A stretch of 64,000 bases of DNA from an uncultured cyanobacterium. GTDB taxonomy: Bacteria; Cyanobacteriota; Cyanobacteriia; Cyanobacteriales; Nostocaceae. Positions within the stretch are counted from its first letter, which is position 1. Every line of letters starts with the position of its first letter. The translations under genes and the position numbers were made by a program. Positions 1 through 10,727 of this stretch are shown here, piece after piece. The stretch covers positions 256,001-320,000 of the forward strand of contig CAVUDP010000002.1 of NCBI GenBank assembly GCA_963740315.1, in the 5' to 3' direction. The notes beneath the pieces are model-generated. The model made no database searches, was not told the DNA's origin, and saw only the letters and a program-made list of their open reading frames with translations.

Positions 1-1
1 C

Positions 2-286
2 TTTTGCGTTCATCCTGGATGGAATATACTTCGTGGTTGGAAGCAAGTTAGCAATTCTTGGGTAAAGATTTTTCAAAATACCCCCTATATTGAGATAAAT
101 ACAGACATAATTTCTATAGAAATTCGGGGAAATATTGCCTATATTGTGCTGGTTGAAAATATAATGCAAGTCACCAAAGGTTCGAGAATAGAAGCAGAAT
201 CTTTAGCCACCAATATATTTGAATTGCTTGGTGGTAAATGGTATTTAGTTCATCATCATGCAAGTCCGGTGATAAGTAATAGATAA
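2..286 (+). CDS. SnoaL/NTF2-like protein, 3' part (runs off window start)
   Basis: Manual translation from nt 2: FCVHPGWNILRGWKQVSNSWVKIF...ATNIFELLGGKWYLVHHHASPVISNR*; CVHPGW and W..VHHHAS are typical of SnoaL_3-type proteins. Confidence 0.8.
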   Translation, partial: FCVHPGWNILRGWKQVSNSWVKIFQNTPYIEINTDIISIEIRGNIAYIVLVENIMQVTKGSRIEAESLATNIFELLGGKWYLVHHHASPVISNR

Positions 287-475
287 AAGGTTAAAGGTTA
301 AAGGTTAAAGGTTAAAGGTCAAAGGTTAAAGGTTAAAGGTCAAAGGTTAGGAGTTAGGAGTTTAAAGTTAGGAGTTAGGAGTTGATTTTCTACCCCATCT
401 CCCCATCCCCCCATCTCCCCATCCCCCCATCTCCCCATCTCCCCACCTCCCCATCTCCCCATCCCCCCATCTCCA
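286..475. repeat. STRR-type tandem repeats (AAAGGTT, TTAGGAG, CCCCATCT)
   Basis: 7-9-mer tandem arrays visible between convergent genes. Confidence 0.9.
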
Positions 476-484
476 CATATCGTT

Positions 485-1027
485 TCAATCTCCAATCAAT
501 TCCACTCCATCTTTTCCATCGGTTTCTTGTAAGTAAACCTTGACAATTTCTTCTGCTGAGGTTGGTAGCTGTTTACCTATAAAATCTGGGTGAATTGGTA
601 CTTGACGATGACCTCTATCTACTAAAACAGCTAAACGAATTACTTCTGGTCTGCCGTATTCGTTTACTGCATTTAAAGCAGCACGAGCGGTTCTTCCTTT
701 GAATATGACATCATCAACAAGTACAACGGTTTTTCCTGTTAAATCAAAGGGTATGTTGGTTTTTGCTGGCGTTCTCAAACCAATTTTATCGAGGTCATCG
801 CGATAAAATGTAATGTCTAACGCACCTACCGCTACATTCACGTCTTCAAGTCCTTCAATTTGACTTGCTAATAAATTGGCTAATGGCACTCCTCTAGTAT
901 AAATACCTATTAGTACCAGTTGGGATAAATCGCGGGTTCTTTCGACTATTTCAGAAGCAAGTCTTCTCAAGGTACGACGAAGTTCTTCTGATGAAAGTAT
1001 TTTGACTACTTTAAGGGACACGCTCAT
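485..1027 (-). CDS. pyrR: Pyrimidine operon regulator / uracil phosphoribosyltransferase PyrR
   Basis: [26 protein letters not shown]-binding motif, LVDRGHR..PI.PD. Confidence 0.95.
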   Translation of the reverse strand: MSVSLKVVKILSSEELRRTLRRLASEIVERTRDLSQLVLIGIYTRGVPLANLLASQIEGLEDVNVAVGALDITFYRDDLDKIGLRTPAKTNIPFDLTGKTVVLVDDVIFKGRTARAALNAVNEYGRPEVIRLAVLVDRGHRQVPIHPDFIGKQLPTSAEEIVKVYLQETDGKDGVELIGD

Positions 1028-1144
1028 AAACTGATTTCACTGAGTCATTAATTATACGATACTTTGGAGAAGTTAGGTAATGGGCAAGACTTTTTTCTCC
1101 GACAAATCGATCGGAATCCCAAACCGAATTTCCTATATTTATAA

Positions 1145-2116
1145 TTACCTTTTTATTGTTAATAAGAGTAGAGATGCAGCCCCCCCCAACCACAGTAAAA
1201 AAGAATATTTAGTCAGTTGTAAAGCAGTTTTAATGGAATTTGAAGTAATCGGATGAATCGCATCTCCGAGCAAAGGTTTGATTTTGGCTACTCCACGATA
1301 CCAATTAGTACCTCCCATTTGTACGCCTAATATTGCAGCATAAGCGCATTCACTCCAGCCAGAATTAGGACTTGAATCTTTAGGCGCATCTCGCTGACAA
1401 ATTTTAATTATATGAAGGGGTTTACGAGATAGTAAAGCTAGAGTTATAACTGTTAACCGACAAGGAAACCAAGTTAAACAATCTTCTAAACGAGCGCTGA
1501 ACCATCCTAAATTAATATATGGAACTTCACGATAACCAATCATAGAATCAAGAGTGCTGCTCGCTTTATATGCTAAAGCTAAGGTCGAAGGTCTAATTAT
1601 TGGTACAAACGCACCAACTACGGCATAAAAAAGAGGAGCCATTACGCCATCAGTCGCGTTTTCTGTTACTGTTTCTAAGACTGCTCGTAGAATTTCAAGG
1701 TCAGTGAGATTTTGCGTATCTCGACCAACAAAATTACTGAGAATAGAACGCGATCGCTCAATATTTCCTGCTTCTAAAGGCTGTAAAACTGTTTCGGCTG
1801 CTATTCTTAAACTTTTGAGGGCAAAGCAGCTAGCTAATAAGATACTTTCTATAAAGATTCCTAATATTGGATGAACCCACATAGCAGATTGGATTATTAA
1901 CCAGCCCATTACACCGCTACCTATTACCAAAAATATAGTTATTGCTATTCCAGCTAAACGTTGTGTTAAGGAATTATGACAATATTTAAGAGCAAATTTA
2001 GTTAAGCGAGAAATAAACCAACCCATTACTTGTACGGGATGAATCCAATTCCACGGATCGCCTATCAAGTAATCTAAACTAGCAGCAAGGAATAGGACAA
2101 CAGAGGAAGATGTCAT
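1145..2116 (-). CDS. cbiB: Adenosylcobinamide-phosphate synthase CbiB/CobD
   Basis: GDP...HPV, VGRDT, ETVTENATDGVMAPLFY, TLDSMIGY, SPNSGWSE. Confidence 0.95.
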   Translation of the reverse strand: MTSSSVVLFLAASLDYLIGDPWNWIHPVQVMGWFISRLTKFALKYCHNSLTQRLAGIAITIFLVIGSGVMGWLIIQSAMWVHPILGIFIESILLASCFALKSLRIAAETVLQPLEAGNIERSRSILSNFVGRDTQNLTDLEILRAVLETVTENATDGVMAPLFYAVVGAFVPIIRPSTLALAYKASSTLDSMIGYREVPYINLGWFSARLEDCLTWFPCRLTVITLALLSRKPLHIIKICQRDAPKDSSPNSGWSECAYAAILGVQMGGTNWYRGVAKIKPLLGDAIHPITSNSIKTALQLTKYSFLLWLGGAASLLLLTIKR

Positions 2117-2208
2117 TGCGGAGTTTTATGGATGGATATTTGGTAAAAGTGTCAATATAGCCGCAATAAATCCCAAAAAAATGCTATGTGACGGCTAATA
2201 ATTGACAA

Positions 2209-2652
2209 CTAAACCACAAAACTAGCTTCTTCTCCAAGGGAAGCTTGCCAGCTGCGAGCATCATAATAAAGGTCTGCCAAAGTAATACTGTATAATGCTT
2301 CCTTAAGCTTTTGAGATAGTCGATGCCAAACACTAAAAGTTACCCAATCAACAGAAGCTTGTGGGTAAGCTTGATGATGAGGTAAAGGTTCAATTGTTTC
2401 GCCAACTGCTTCTAAAATTTCTCCTAAAGATATTTTGACAGGTTCTCGCGCTAATTGGTATCCACCATCTTTACCGCGAATTGATTTAACTAATCCAGCA
2501 CGACGCATTTCTATTAGCAGCTTTTCGAGATAAGGAGCGGGAATATTTTGACGGCTTGCAATAACTTTAGTTGATGCGGGACGATTATTTTGCTGCAAGC
2601 TCAAATCTAGTAACGCTTTTACACTGTAGTGTCCTTTAGTGGTAAGTTTCAT
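2209..2652 (-). CDS. Rrf2 family transcriptional regulator
   Basis: MKLTTKGHY, YLEKLL..LVKSIRG..GGYQLAR; lacks the IscR Fe-S cysteines. Confidence 0.9.
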   Translation of the reverse strand: MKLTTKGHYSVKALLDLSLQQNNRPASTKVIASRQNIPAPYLEKLLIEMRRAGLVKSIRGKDGGYQLAREPVKISLGEILEAVGETIEPLPHHQAYPQASVDWVTFSVWHRLSQKLKEALYSITLADLYYDARSWQASLGEEASFVV

Positions 2653-3082
2653 TCAAATTGTGCAACGTTTAATGTTTTACTTGTTAAATGTGGATACTTT
2701 ATGCTTATCAAACTGCTTTTTCCTATCAAAGGAATCTTGCCGAGCAATATTTACCGCTCCTCGTTGCTCTAAAATTTCAATAAATATAGTGTAGCAGCAT
2801 AAAGTATGATAAACCTTTTGCAATAAGAGTTAACACTATCTATCAAAGAAAAAATTTCTTATATAGTTATCGTTATTGCTTTGCTTTTTGGTTCGATTTT
2901 TTTAATAGCCTCAATCGAGGTAAGTAATTTGCATGGTTAAAACTTTCAATCAAAAAACCCGAGTCTAATATTGTTGCCAGCGGAAAAAAAATAAAAATCA
3001 TCATTTAGAGTGTTCTTAATACCTCAATGTCAGTTAAAATGAAATCGATTCCACCACATCCATCGTTAATTTTCGATTTAAG

Positions 3083-3487
3083 TTGATGGCTAAACAGAAA
3101 AAAATTGAACCTCTAGTCGGCGAAGATCTACTCAAGAAAGTAAAAGAGCTTGAAAATATAAGCAAAGAAGATAAAGCCAAACAGTGCGGCTACTATACCG
3201 TTACCAAAAATGGTATAGAGCGCGTTAACATGATGAAATTCTTGAATGCCCTAATTGATGCTGAAGGTATTCAGTTAGATAGCTCTTCTGGTGCTAATGG
3301 GCGTGGAGGACGCAGTGCTAGCTATAGAATTAGCGTGCAGTCTAATGGTAATTTATTGATAGGTTCTGCCTATACAAAACAGATGGGACTTAAATCAGGA
3401 GATGAATTTATCATTACTTTAGGTAAAAAGCACATCCGTCTAAAACAAGTAAACCCAGAAGATTTAGAAGAAGAAGAAGAAGAATAA
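3083..3487 (+). CDS. Cyanobacterial AbrB-like regulator (cyAbrB/CalA type)
   Basis: CGYY..TKNG.ERVN, GRGGRSASYRISVQSNGNLLIGSAYT. Confidence 0.92.
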   Translation: MMAKQKKIEPLVGEDLLKKVKELENISKEDKAKQCGYYTVTKNGIERVNMMKFLNALIDAEGIQLDSSSGANGRGGRSASYRISVQSNGNLLIGSAYTKQMGLKSGDEFIITLGKKHIRLKQVNPEDLEEEEEE

Positions 3488-3929
3488 GCGAACCAATTAG
3501 TCATCCAATAATCAAACAAGACTGAATGTTGATTATTAGATAGACATTTGATATTACTTACTTCAAAAAAAAGCCAGTCGCCTCCATTGAGGGGACTGAC
3601 CCTTTACACCTCGTGTTATTCGAGTGAATTCTTGTCTTCGACTGCTACCGATAAATAATGGTAAAGTCGGGAACGTTTACTCACCGCTCTATAAACGTAA
3701 AAACCAACCGAGAGCCTGTTATAAACAATAAATTAACGGTTTACTCTTAGTTGAGATACTAATATCGGTAAATTTCCTACGGCTTCAAAAGCTATGGGAT
3801 ATAACTTCCGGTTTTTAGCAATTAATCGATAAAAAAGTAAGTGCAGATAATATCGGTACGAAAATCCATAAAGATTTAGTCGCGATCGATAATGCACGAT
3901 TGAGGTTGAGGATAATTTGGTTTAAATTC

Positions 3930-4044
3930 ATATCTTGCACCTAATAGTGAAACCCGGTTTCTTTTTGTAAAAACACGATTTTTTCGTTGTGCAATGAGCA
4001 AGAAACCGGGTTTATTTGGGCTTGTTGAGTATGGTACAAGATAT
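3930..4044. repeat. Palindromic MITE/REP-like element
   Basis: Outer IR ATATCTTGCACC/GGTACAAGATAT; inner AAACCCGGTTTCTT/AAGAAACCGGGTTT; related motifs near 20886 and 58951. Confidence 0.6.
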
Positions 4045-4173
4045 CGTTTTAAATAAAAATTGCGGTTAATATCTTCTGTATTGAGGATATCAATTCATTG
4101 TTATTTCAATTAACTATGAAAATACCACTAAGAGTGGATGTAACTTATGATACTTTTGCTTTTAATTAACTGT

Positions 4174-4214
4174 AGCTGCCTTTAGACTTTTAATGGTTTC
4201 GGGCAGCTTTTTTG
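4174..4214 (+). terminator. Probable intrinsic terminator
   Basis: AGCTGCC...GGCAGCT stem followed by a T run. Confidence 0.5.
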
Positions 4215-5071
4215 TATTCATAACAAAATATACTTCATATACTCAAATCAGCAATATTATTTATTAATAAACAATATAGATGTGCGAGAAAATAGTTTAG
4301 AGAATGTAACAGATATGTTAATTAATTATTTAAGCATTATGAAATATTATTGAAATTTTGCTCAATGAGTTTACAGTTATTTATATTTATTTAATCAACC
4401 TATAAGTTAGACATATGAGCCAAATCTATTTATATCTATATCTAAATCTAAAATTAAATTGAGAAATTTTCAGATGCGATTAGTAAAATTCTTGTTTGGA
4501 ATCATATGAAGCTATTTTAAGAAAAGTTCTTTTCTCTACTTTACTGCTCCGAGCTACTTTCATAAAAAGACCTTTCTGTAGCTACCTTCTTCGTTACAAT
4601 TTGCAGGTAATTTCTATGATTTATCCGATCGCTTTACAAAGCTTTGGTAAAAAAAGCTGTAATTGCTCAGAATTTTTGTGGAGGAGATGCTTAAATAGTA
4701 AATAGTAGATATCTGTTCAAGTCACAATGTCTATGAAAGCTAGCTTTGCAATTTATGGCAAGCAATGGCTTATCTTTGAAGTTCGGTGTAGTGAGGTCGT
4801 AAATATGTAGCATTTCACACATCCAATCGGATGAAAACAAAATTAATCGACAATTGCTTGATTCAAAACCTAAAATAGGCAAGGTCAGATTAATTTAAAA
4901 CTAGTTATACTCGTGTTGCACGATTAAAAAATTCTAAATCCAATAGAAAGAAGTTATGTATCGCGTATTGCTTATTTTTTACCACATTGCGGTGGTATAA
5001 GCGCAATATTATCAGTTATCAGTTATATCAATTGTTATACAGCGAGTAGAAAGAATAAGCGGACGAGGTAG

Positions 5072-5455
5072 ATGAACACACACACCTTTGATAATCATTA
5101 CGTTACTTGCCCCATTTGCCAGAAAAATCCTACGGCGAAAAAGCTAAAAAGTTGTACTGGATTATACAACTGTCCGTACTGTCAGGAAAGGTTGGTAGTA
5201 TGTCGCAGCGGTAATTACGTGCGCGATCCCTTCCCCTTAAAGCAAATTACGCTTTCATCTGTGCTACGTCGTCAAAGCCGACCTTTTGCACGAATTCTGC
5301 GGGATTTCGTATTTTTCAAGCATCCTTTGATCGCTTTTGTATTAGGAAGCGCTATTTTCTTGGGCACGATCGCAGTTACTCAAACAAATACTACCGAAAA
5401 GGGCAATCAAATTATTCCTAATGTAGAAAAAACGAATGATGCAGAAGACAAATAA
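5072..5455 (+). CDS. Hypothetical Zn-ribbon protein with C-terminal TM helix
   Basis: CPIC...CPYC plus hydrophobic LIAFVLGSAIFLGTIAV. Confidence 0.7.
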   Translation: MNTHTFDNHYVTCPICQKNPTAKKLKSCTGLYNCPYCQERLVVCRSGNYVRDPFPLKQITLSSVLRRQSRPFARILRDFVFFKHPLIAFVLGSAIFLGTIAVTQTNTTEKGNQIIPNVEKTNDAEDK

Positions 5456-5611
5456 AGGATTCACTCGCCGAACGAAAATAAAATGATATTATCCATATTT
5501 ATATATAAAATTTGCGGCATATTTGATTAATTAAGCAACGAAGAAGTCAGGGGGGGGTATACCTAAGCACCCAACTCGGCGCGAGCAATATCTCGTTACT
5601 AGTTACTCACC

Positions 5612-7249
5612 CTATGGCTGATTTTTACCTTGTCCGGAAGTAGAATTCTTTGTGACAAAAATCCAACCTTCTTCTTTGGCGATTATTTCTTTTGAATCTA
5701 GTGGTAAATTTTTAAAAGTTTCTTCGTCAAGTAAGAAGTAAGGTTTTTTGTCTGTCTGCCAATAATATTTTAATTCATCTGGAGAGGCGCGTTTTATAGT
5801 ACCCTCACTGTAAAAATCTAATGATGGACGATTGCCTATTGAAGAAATGTAAATTGTTTTAACTCCGGGATTTGCTCGGGCTACCATTTGCACAACTGGC
5901 TTGACTGCATAATCTTCATTGAGTTCCCACACCCAGTAATTAGACTTTACAAATAATAGTAAAGATACATAAGTTCCCCATAAAAGAACTTTTATGAATT
6001 GTCTATCACCTCTTTGTGCCCTTAAGGCGGCTATTGCCATCGTTACGCTTAGAGAGGCGAATATCAGTTGCAAGTCGGCTGATGGCGTTGGACTCCAACT
6101 ATAGTAAGTGCTACCAACAGCTGAAATTACAGCCAAAAGGCTTAACATTACTACCCAAAATCGAGGAAAAGGCGTTAATAAAGGTAAATTTTCAACTTCA
6201 CCTAATTTTGCTCCAATTGCTAAAGCTATGCTTGGATAAATGGGGAAAACATACCAAGGAAGCTTGGTTCCCATCACGGAAATAGCTATCAGATAAACAC
6301 CACACCAAACTAATACAAGTTTCGCCCAACTGAGATTGCGACTTTCCCAAGCAAAACGTAAAGAAGCTGGCACAAAAATCAACCAGGGCCATGTATATTT
6401 GCAAATTTCTAGTACATAATACCAGGGTGGTCCTGAATGTCCTTCAACCGAAGTCCAAATACGGCTAAAGGATTGATTCATCATCCCTTGATTAATAAAA
6501 GAGTCTCTGTAAACCCACCACTGGGCACCATACCAAAAAGCTACGGGCGCAGCACCAATAAGCATTCCCATCCACATATACTTACTGTTGAGCAATCGCG
6601 GCGTATCCCAAAATAGATATATCAGCGCCACTGCACCCAGCAATAATCCTAAAATGCTTTTAGTCAGACAAATCAGCGCAAAACCGATGCCTACCCCCAA
6701 GCAATAGCGTAAATTACGACGCGATCGCAATACGCATAAGAGCATCACCATAAAAAAGAAAACCGCCGCACCATCTAACATAGCCAGTCTTCCGTGACGT
6801 ACTACTGGCAACATTGTGAGATAAACTAAAGCGCTGTAAATAGCACAAATGCGTCGATGAAATATTTCTCTGCCAATACTATATAGAAAAGGTACTGAAA
6901 GAGCTGTTAAAATTGCACCTGGTAAACGTGTCGTCCACTCGTTTACACCACCTAGTGAATAAGCCCAGGCGATCGTTAAATGCATCAATGGTGGTTTGTT
7001 GTGATACGGTTCACCACCCAGAGTCGGGAAAAGCCATCGCATCTCGCTAGCGGGGGCATCTTTCAATTCACGTGCAACCTGTGCAATAGTGCCTTCGTCC
7101 CAGTCACGTAGCGGCAATACTCCGAGATTGAGAGTAAAAAGTAGTACTGCCGCTATCAGGAGTATTACTATCCATGTTCTATCTATCCGTTTGTCAATCC
7201 TACGATACTGTTTTTCAACGCGATCCCAAATAAAGCTTCCTTTTTGCAT
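5612..7249 (-). CDS. ArnT/PMT-like (GT-C) glycosyltransferase
   Basis: RDWDEG, NKPPL, EW..RLP, many TM helices, K..WY..P.YP. Confidence 0.88.
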   Translation of the reverse strand: MQKGSFIWDRVEKQYRRIDKRIDRTWIVILLIAAVLLFTLNLGVLPLRDWDEGTIAQVARELKDAPASEMRWLFPTLGGEPYHNKPPLMHLTIAWAYSLGGVNEWTTRLPGAILTALSVPFLYSIGREIFHRRICAIYSALVYLTMLPVVRHGRLAMLDGAAVFFFMVMLLCVLRSRRNLRYCLGVGIGFALICLTKSILGLLLGAVALIYLFWDTPRLLNSKYMWMGMLIGAAPVAFWYGAQWWVYRDSFINQGMMNQSFSRIWTSVEGHSGPPWYYVLEICKYTWPWLIFVPASLRFAWESRNLSWAKLVLVWCGVYLIAISVMGTKLPWYVFPIYPSIALAIGAKLGEVENLPLLTPFPRFWVVMLSLLAVISAVGSTYYSWSPTPSADLQLIFASLSVTMAIAALRAQRGDRQFIKVLLWGTYVSLLLFVKSNYWVWELNEDYAVKPVVQMVARANPGVKTIYISSIGNRPSLDFYSEGTIKRASPDELKYYWQTDKKPYFLLDEETFKNLPLDSKEIIAKEEGWIFVTKNSTSGQGKNQP

Positions 7250-7505
7250 AAACTAGGACAATCGTTTTAAATCGCTGCTTAAATGATGGAGAAACTGAAT
7301 ACTGAATCTCCAATAATAACATTCGCTCGAAGTACTATCTTTTCATTATCTCTTTAAATCTAATTTATTTATGTTTTTTTTCTAAATTTTAGATTTTTTT
7401 TTCAAGCAAAATAATTAGGTCAGCTTTATAAAAAGTTAAATATTATTTACTGATGAAAAAATAAGACTGAATATTACCAATATTAAAGATTTAATTCTGG
7501 GGAAT

Positions 7506-9029
7506 TTGAATAATATGAATCTACCTTTTATCTTGGATATCGCTTTAGGTTTAGTATTTACATACCTGATACTGAGTTTATTAGCTTCGGAGATGCAAGA
7601 ACTAATTGCCACATTATTACAATGGCGGGCGGCACATCTCCGAAAATCTATTGAGATTCTACTTGCAGGCGGAATTCGCAATCCTGAAGAAGCAAAAATA
7701 ATTCAATTAGTAAATCAAATTTATGGCAATCCTTTAGTTAGAAATATTAATCAAGAAGCGAAAGGATTTTTAGCAACTTTACCTAGAAAAGCTACTTGGG
7801 CGTTTTCTTCCTTAACCCGTCCGTTAAAAATAGCACGTCCTGGAACAACTAAGGACGAAACGATTTTTGGAAATGGTAAACATAGCGGTCCATCATATAT
7901 TCCTGCGGATATTTATGCAACGACTTTGATGGAAACCTTGCAAATTCCTGATTTTTCTCAAAAACTGTCGGAATCAAGGTTAGAAAAGTTTAAAAACGAA
8001 AGACTCGCCGAATTACAAAGTATTTTATTTGATTTAGAAGCACAAGTACAAGGTGATGAAAAGTTTACTAATTTTTTGAATCTAATTTATCAAGAATTTG
8101 CCGAAATGCAGGCTGATTTTGAGAAAATTTTGTGGAACTACAACCAAAAGAAAGCCAGCTTGAATACCAGTATAAATCGCATGGCAGAAAGTATCGATAG
8201 GTATATAGATACTTGGGAAGAAATACCAGAAAGTAAATATTCTAAGAAAGCCGTGCGAAGGTTAAAGTTTTTAAGACAAGATATGTTTGCTTCAGAAGAA
8301 AGAGCAATTACATTAGGAGGTTTACAGCCAAATGTCGGCGAAATCGTTCAATTAATGAAAAAAGGTAGTGCAGTTTATCAAGAATTTGAACAGGCAATTA
8401 AAGATAAAGATAAACAAACTTACCAAAACTTTCAGCAATTAACCAGTCTTTTACCGGAATCGATAACAGAAAATTTGACTGTTTTAGCTCATCGCACTAA
8501 AGCCAAAATTGATAAAACAGAATCTGGAATTAATGTATTAAGACAAGAAATGGAAAACACCTTTAATAGTTCTATGGAAAGAGCTACTGGAGTTTACAGA
8601 CGCAATGCCAAAGGAGTGGCGATATTAATTGGTATTGCGATCGCTGTGGCAGCAAACGCCGATGCATTTCACATGGTAAGCAGACTTTCTACAGATTCAG
8701 CCCTAAGAAATACAATTGTGAATAATGCCGGACAAATATTAGTTAAAAACCAGGAAAATTTGAATTACGTAGATATTGGAACCCTTAGAAGCCAAACAGA
8801 AGAAGCTTTATTAGATATATCTTTACCTATTGGTTGGACTAAAACCAACATTAAACAGCAAATAGGTTCATTACCATCGCGCAACGCTGGTATTATGCCT
8901 TTTTTGACATTTGCCCGTGCAATTCCCGGTTGGATTATTAGCGGTATTGCGATCGCAATGGGTGCGCCTTTCTGGTTTGATTTAATTAGTAAAATTTCCA
9001 ACGTGCGGAATACTGGGAAGAAGCCTTAG
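7506..9029 (+). CDS. Conserved hypothetical membrane protein
   Basis: Long ORF with N-terminal TM, coiled core and C-terminal GAPFWFDL; real start probably ATG at 7515. Confidence 0.75.
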   Translation: MNNMNLPFILDIALGLVFTYLILSLLASEMQELIATLLQWRAAHLRKSIEILLAGGIRNPEEAKIIQLVNQIYGNPLVRNINQEAKGFLATLPRKATWAFSSLTRPLKIARPGTTKDETIFGNGKHSGPSYIPADIYATTLMETLQIPDFSQKLSESRLEKFKNERLAELQSILFDLEAQVQGDEKFTNFLNLIYQEFAEMQADFEKILWNYNQKKASLNTSINRMAESIDRYIDTWEEIPESKYSKKAVRRLKFLRQDMFASEERAITLGGLQPNVGEIVQLMKKGSAVYQEFEQAIKDKDKQTYQNFQQLTSLLPESITENLTVLAHRTKAKIDKTESGINVLRQEMENTFNSSMERATGVYRRNAKGVAILIGIAIAVAANADAFHMVSRLSTDSALRNTIVNNAGQILVKNQENLNYVDIGTLRSQTEEALLDISLPIGWTKTNIKQQIGSLPSRNAGIMPFLTFARAIPGWIISGIAIAMGAPFWFDLISKISNVRNTGKKP

Positions 9030-9350
9030 TTGGGGAGAGGGGGGGATGGGGAGTACTTCGACAAGTCTTACAGTGAGCTACGTCGAACTGCTCAGTAACC
9101 TTTGGGGAGATGGGGAGATGGGGGGATGGGGGGATGGGGAGATGGGGGGATGGGGAGAGGGGGGAGAGGGGGAGAGGGGGAGATGGGGAGATGGGGGGAT
9201 GGGGGGAATAATTTTTAATCCCAATTACCAATTACCAATTCGCAATTCGCAATTCGCAATTCGCAATTATTAATTACCAATTACCAATTACCAATGCCCA
9301 ATGCCCAATGCCCAATTCCCCATGCCCAATGCCCAATGCCCGATTCGCAA
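9030..9350. repeat. STRR-type tandem repeats (GGGGAGAT, CAATTCG, CAATTAC, CAATGCC)
   Basis: Visible tandem arrays between convergent genes. Confidence 0.9.
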
Positions 9351-9351
9351 T

Positions 9352-10647
9352 TTAAAAAATAAATATAATTTGTAAATTCCAATCTTTATCTTGACGAATA
9401 ATTTCGATTTGACGAATAAATTCTCTGAAATAAAATCTTCTTTCTGTTTCTGATAAGTCTAACCAGAATTGCGGTATTGAAACTGCTTGAGCAACGGAAC
9501 GTAAATTAACTGGTGGCAATATTGCTAATTGTGCTTGAAGTTTAGATATTTCGGCGCGGAGTTTATAAATTCTGATTTTGGCAGTTTCTTCATCTAAGAT
9601 ACCAGTTTCTACTAACGTCGGTATTTGTTCTAGTATTTTTTGTTGACGAACGATCGCTTCGGTTAAATTGTTTTTTACTTCATCAGAATATGGAAAGTCG
9701 ATCTTTTCTACGGCTTGAGGTAAGTCACGACAAACTGTTTCAATAGTGTTTTCTAATACTTCTTGGTAAGAAATAGCACGGCATTTGGGGTTTTGAGAAC
9801 AGTTAATCGGACGTAAATAAAGATACTCCTTTTTTTGTCGATGAAGGGTAACGCGAGTGACGCTCATGTGCGATCGACACTGACTACAAACAACCAAACC
9901 TGCTAACGAACGTGGGGCACTTGCTGTACGAGATGGTAAACGACTGTTACGGCGCAAAAGTCGATCGATTTGGGCTGCTTCTTCACGAGAAACGATCGCA
10001 CTGTGGGTATCGCGGATAATTTCTCCGTTGCGGTAAGCTGTGTCGCCGCGATATACAGGATTAAATAACCAGCGTCTTCCAGTAGTAACTGAGATTTTTT
10101 TTCCGTATTTTTTCGCTAAATGTCGCACAGAACCACGTAGCGATCCATACAGCAAAAAGTTATCGAAAAATTCTTTAACTACCGGGGAAGTACTGCGATC
10201 GATGGTATATTTTACTTTGCCGCGACGGTAGCCGTAGGGTGCTTTACCCGGTGGCGGTGCAGCATCCAAACGATTGCGGGCGTATGCTTTGCGGATACGA
10301 AGACTGTGTTCTTGTTTTTTAATTTCGTGTAATAGTTTGAGTAAATTAGCGTGGGTGTTAGTACCTTTTTTCGCGGAATTGTAATTTTGTTCTACTGCTA
10401 TAAGAGTTATTCCCATCGCTTCAAATTGGGCAAGACGCGATGTTATTTGCTCAACCGAATCTCCCAACTCTTCCAAGCGTCGGATAAAAACGCGATCGGG
10501 AGGATTTGTTTGAGTGTCTGCGAATAATTGTTCTAATTCAAACCTTTGTCCCAAATCTTGGTAAATTTTATCTACTTCCCACCCTAAACTTGCAGGTGAG
10601 GGAGTTTGTTCTAATAAAGGATCGCTATAAGTGTATCCAAAATTCAT
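9352..10647 (-). CDS. Large serine recombinase-family protein with degenerate catalytic domain
   Basis: PPGKAPYGY, L.NPVYRG, H.AIVS, LAGLVVCSQC Zn ribbon, coiled coil. Confidence 0.85.
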   Translation of the reverse strand: MNFGYTYSDPLLEQTPSPASLGWEVDKIYQDLGQRFELEQLFADTQTNPPDRVFIRRLEELGDSVEQITSRLAQFEAMGITLIAVEQNYNSAKKGTNTHANLLKLLHEIKKQEHSLRIRKAYARNRLDAAPPPGKAPYGYRRGKVKYTIDRSTSPVVKEFFDNFLLYGSLRGSVRHLAKKYGKKISVTTGRRWLFNPVYRGDTAYRNGEIIRDTHSAIVSREEAAQIDRLLRRNSRLPSRTASAPRSLAGLVVCSQCRSHMSVTRVTLHRQKKEYLYLRPINCSQNPKCRAISYQEVLENTIETVCRDLPQAVEKIDFPYSDEVKNNLTEAIVRQQKILEQIPTLVETGILDEETAKIRIYKLRAEISKLQAQLAILPPVNLRSVAQAVSIPQFWLDLSETERRFYFREFIRQIEIIRQDKDWNLQIIFIF

Positions 10648-10727
10648 AAAAAAGTCATTACCACCGGAGTTTCTCCCCCCTCTTCCCCCTCTCCCCCCTC
10701 TCCCCCCTCTCCCCCTCTCTCCACGAA

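Noticed and set aside
4140..4153. NtcA-like box GTA-N8-TAC
   Set aside because: No TAN3T -10 element at the canonical spacing on either side and no nearby gene start; a chance match is likely in AT-rich DNA.
4496..4882. Short ORFs 4496-4705 and 4691-4882
   Set aside because: Non-ATG starts, no RBS or recognisable motifs; probably intergenic or promoter DNA.
8986..9273. ORFs 8986-9231 and 9046-9273
   Set aside because: Low-complexity translations of STRR repeats.
9352..10647. Heterocyst excision element (xisF-like) or prophage
   Set aside because: Catalytic motifs are degenerate; no interrupted nif/fdx/hup gene, att repeats or phage genes were seen.
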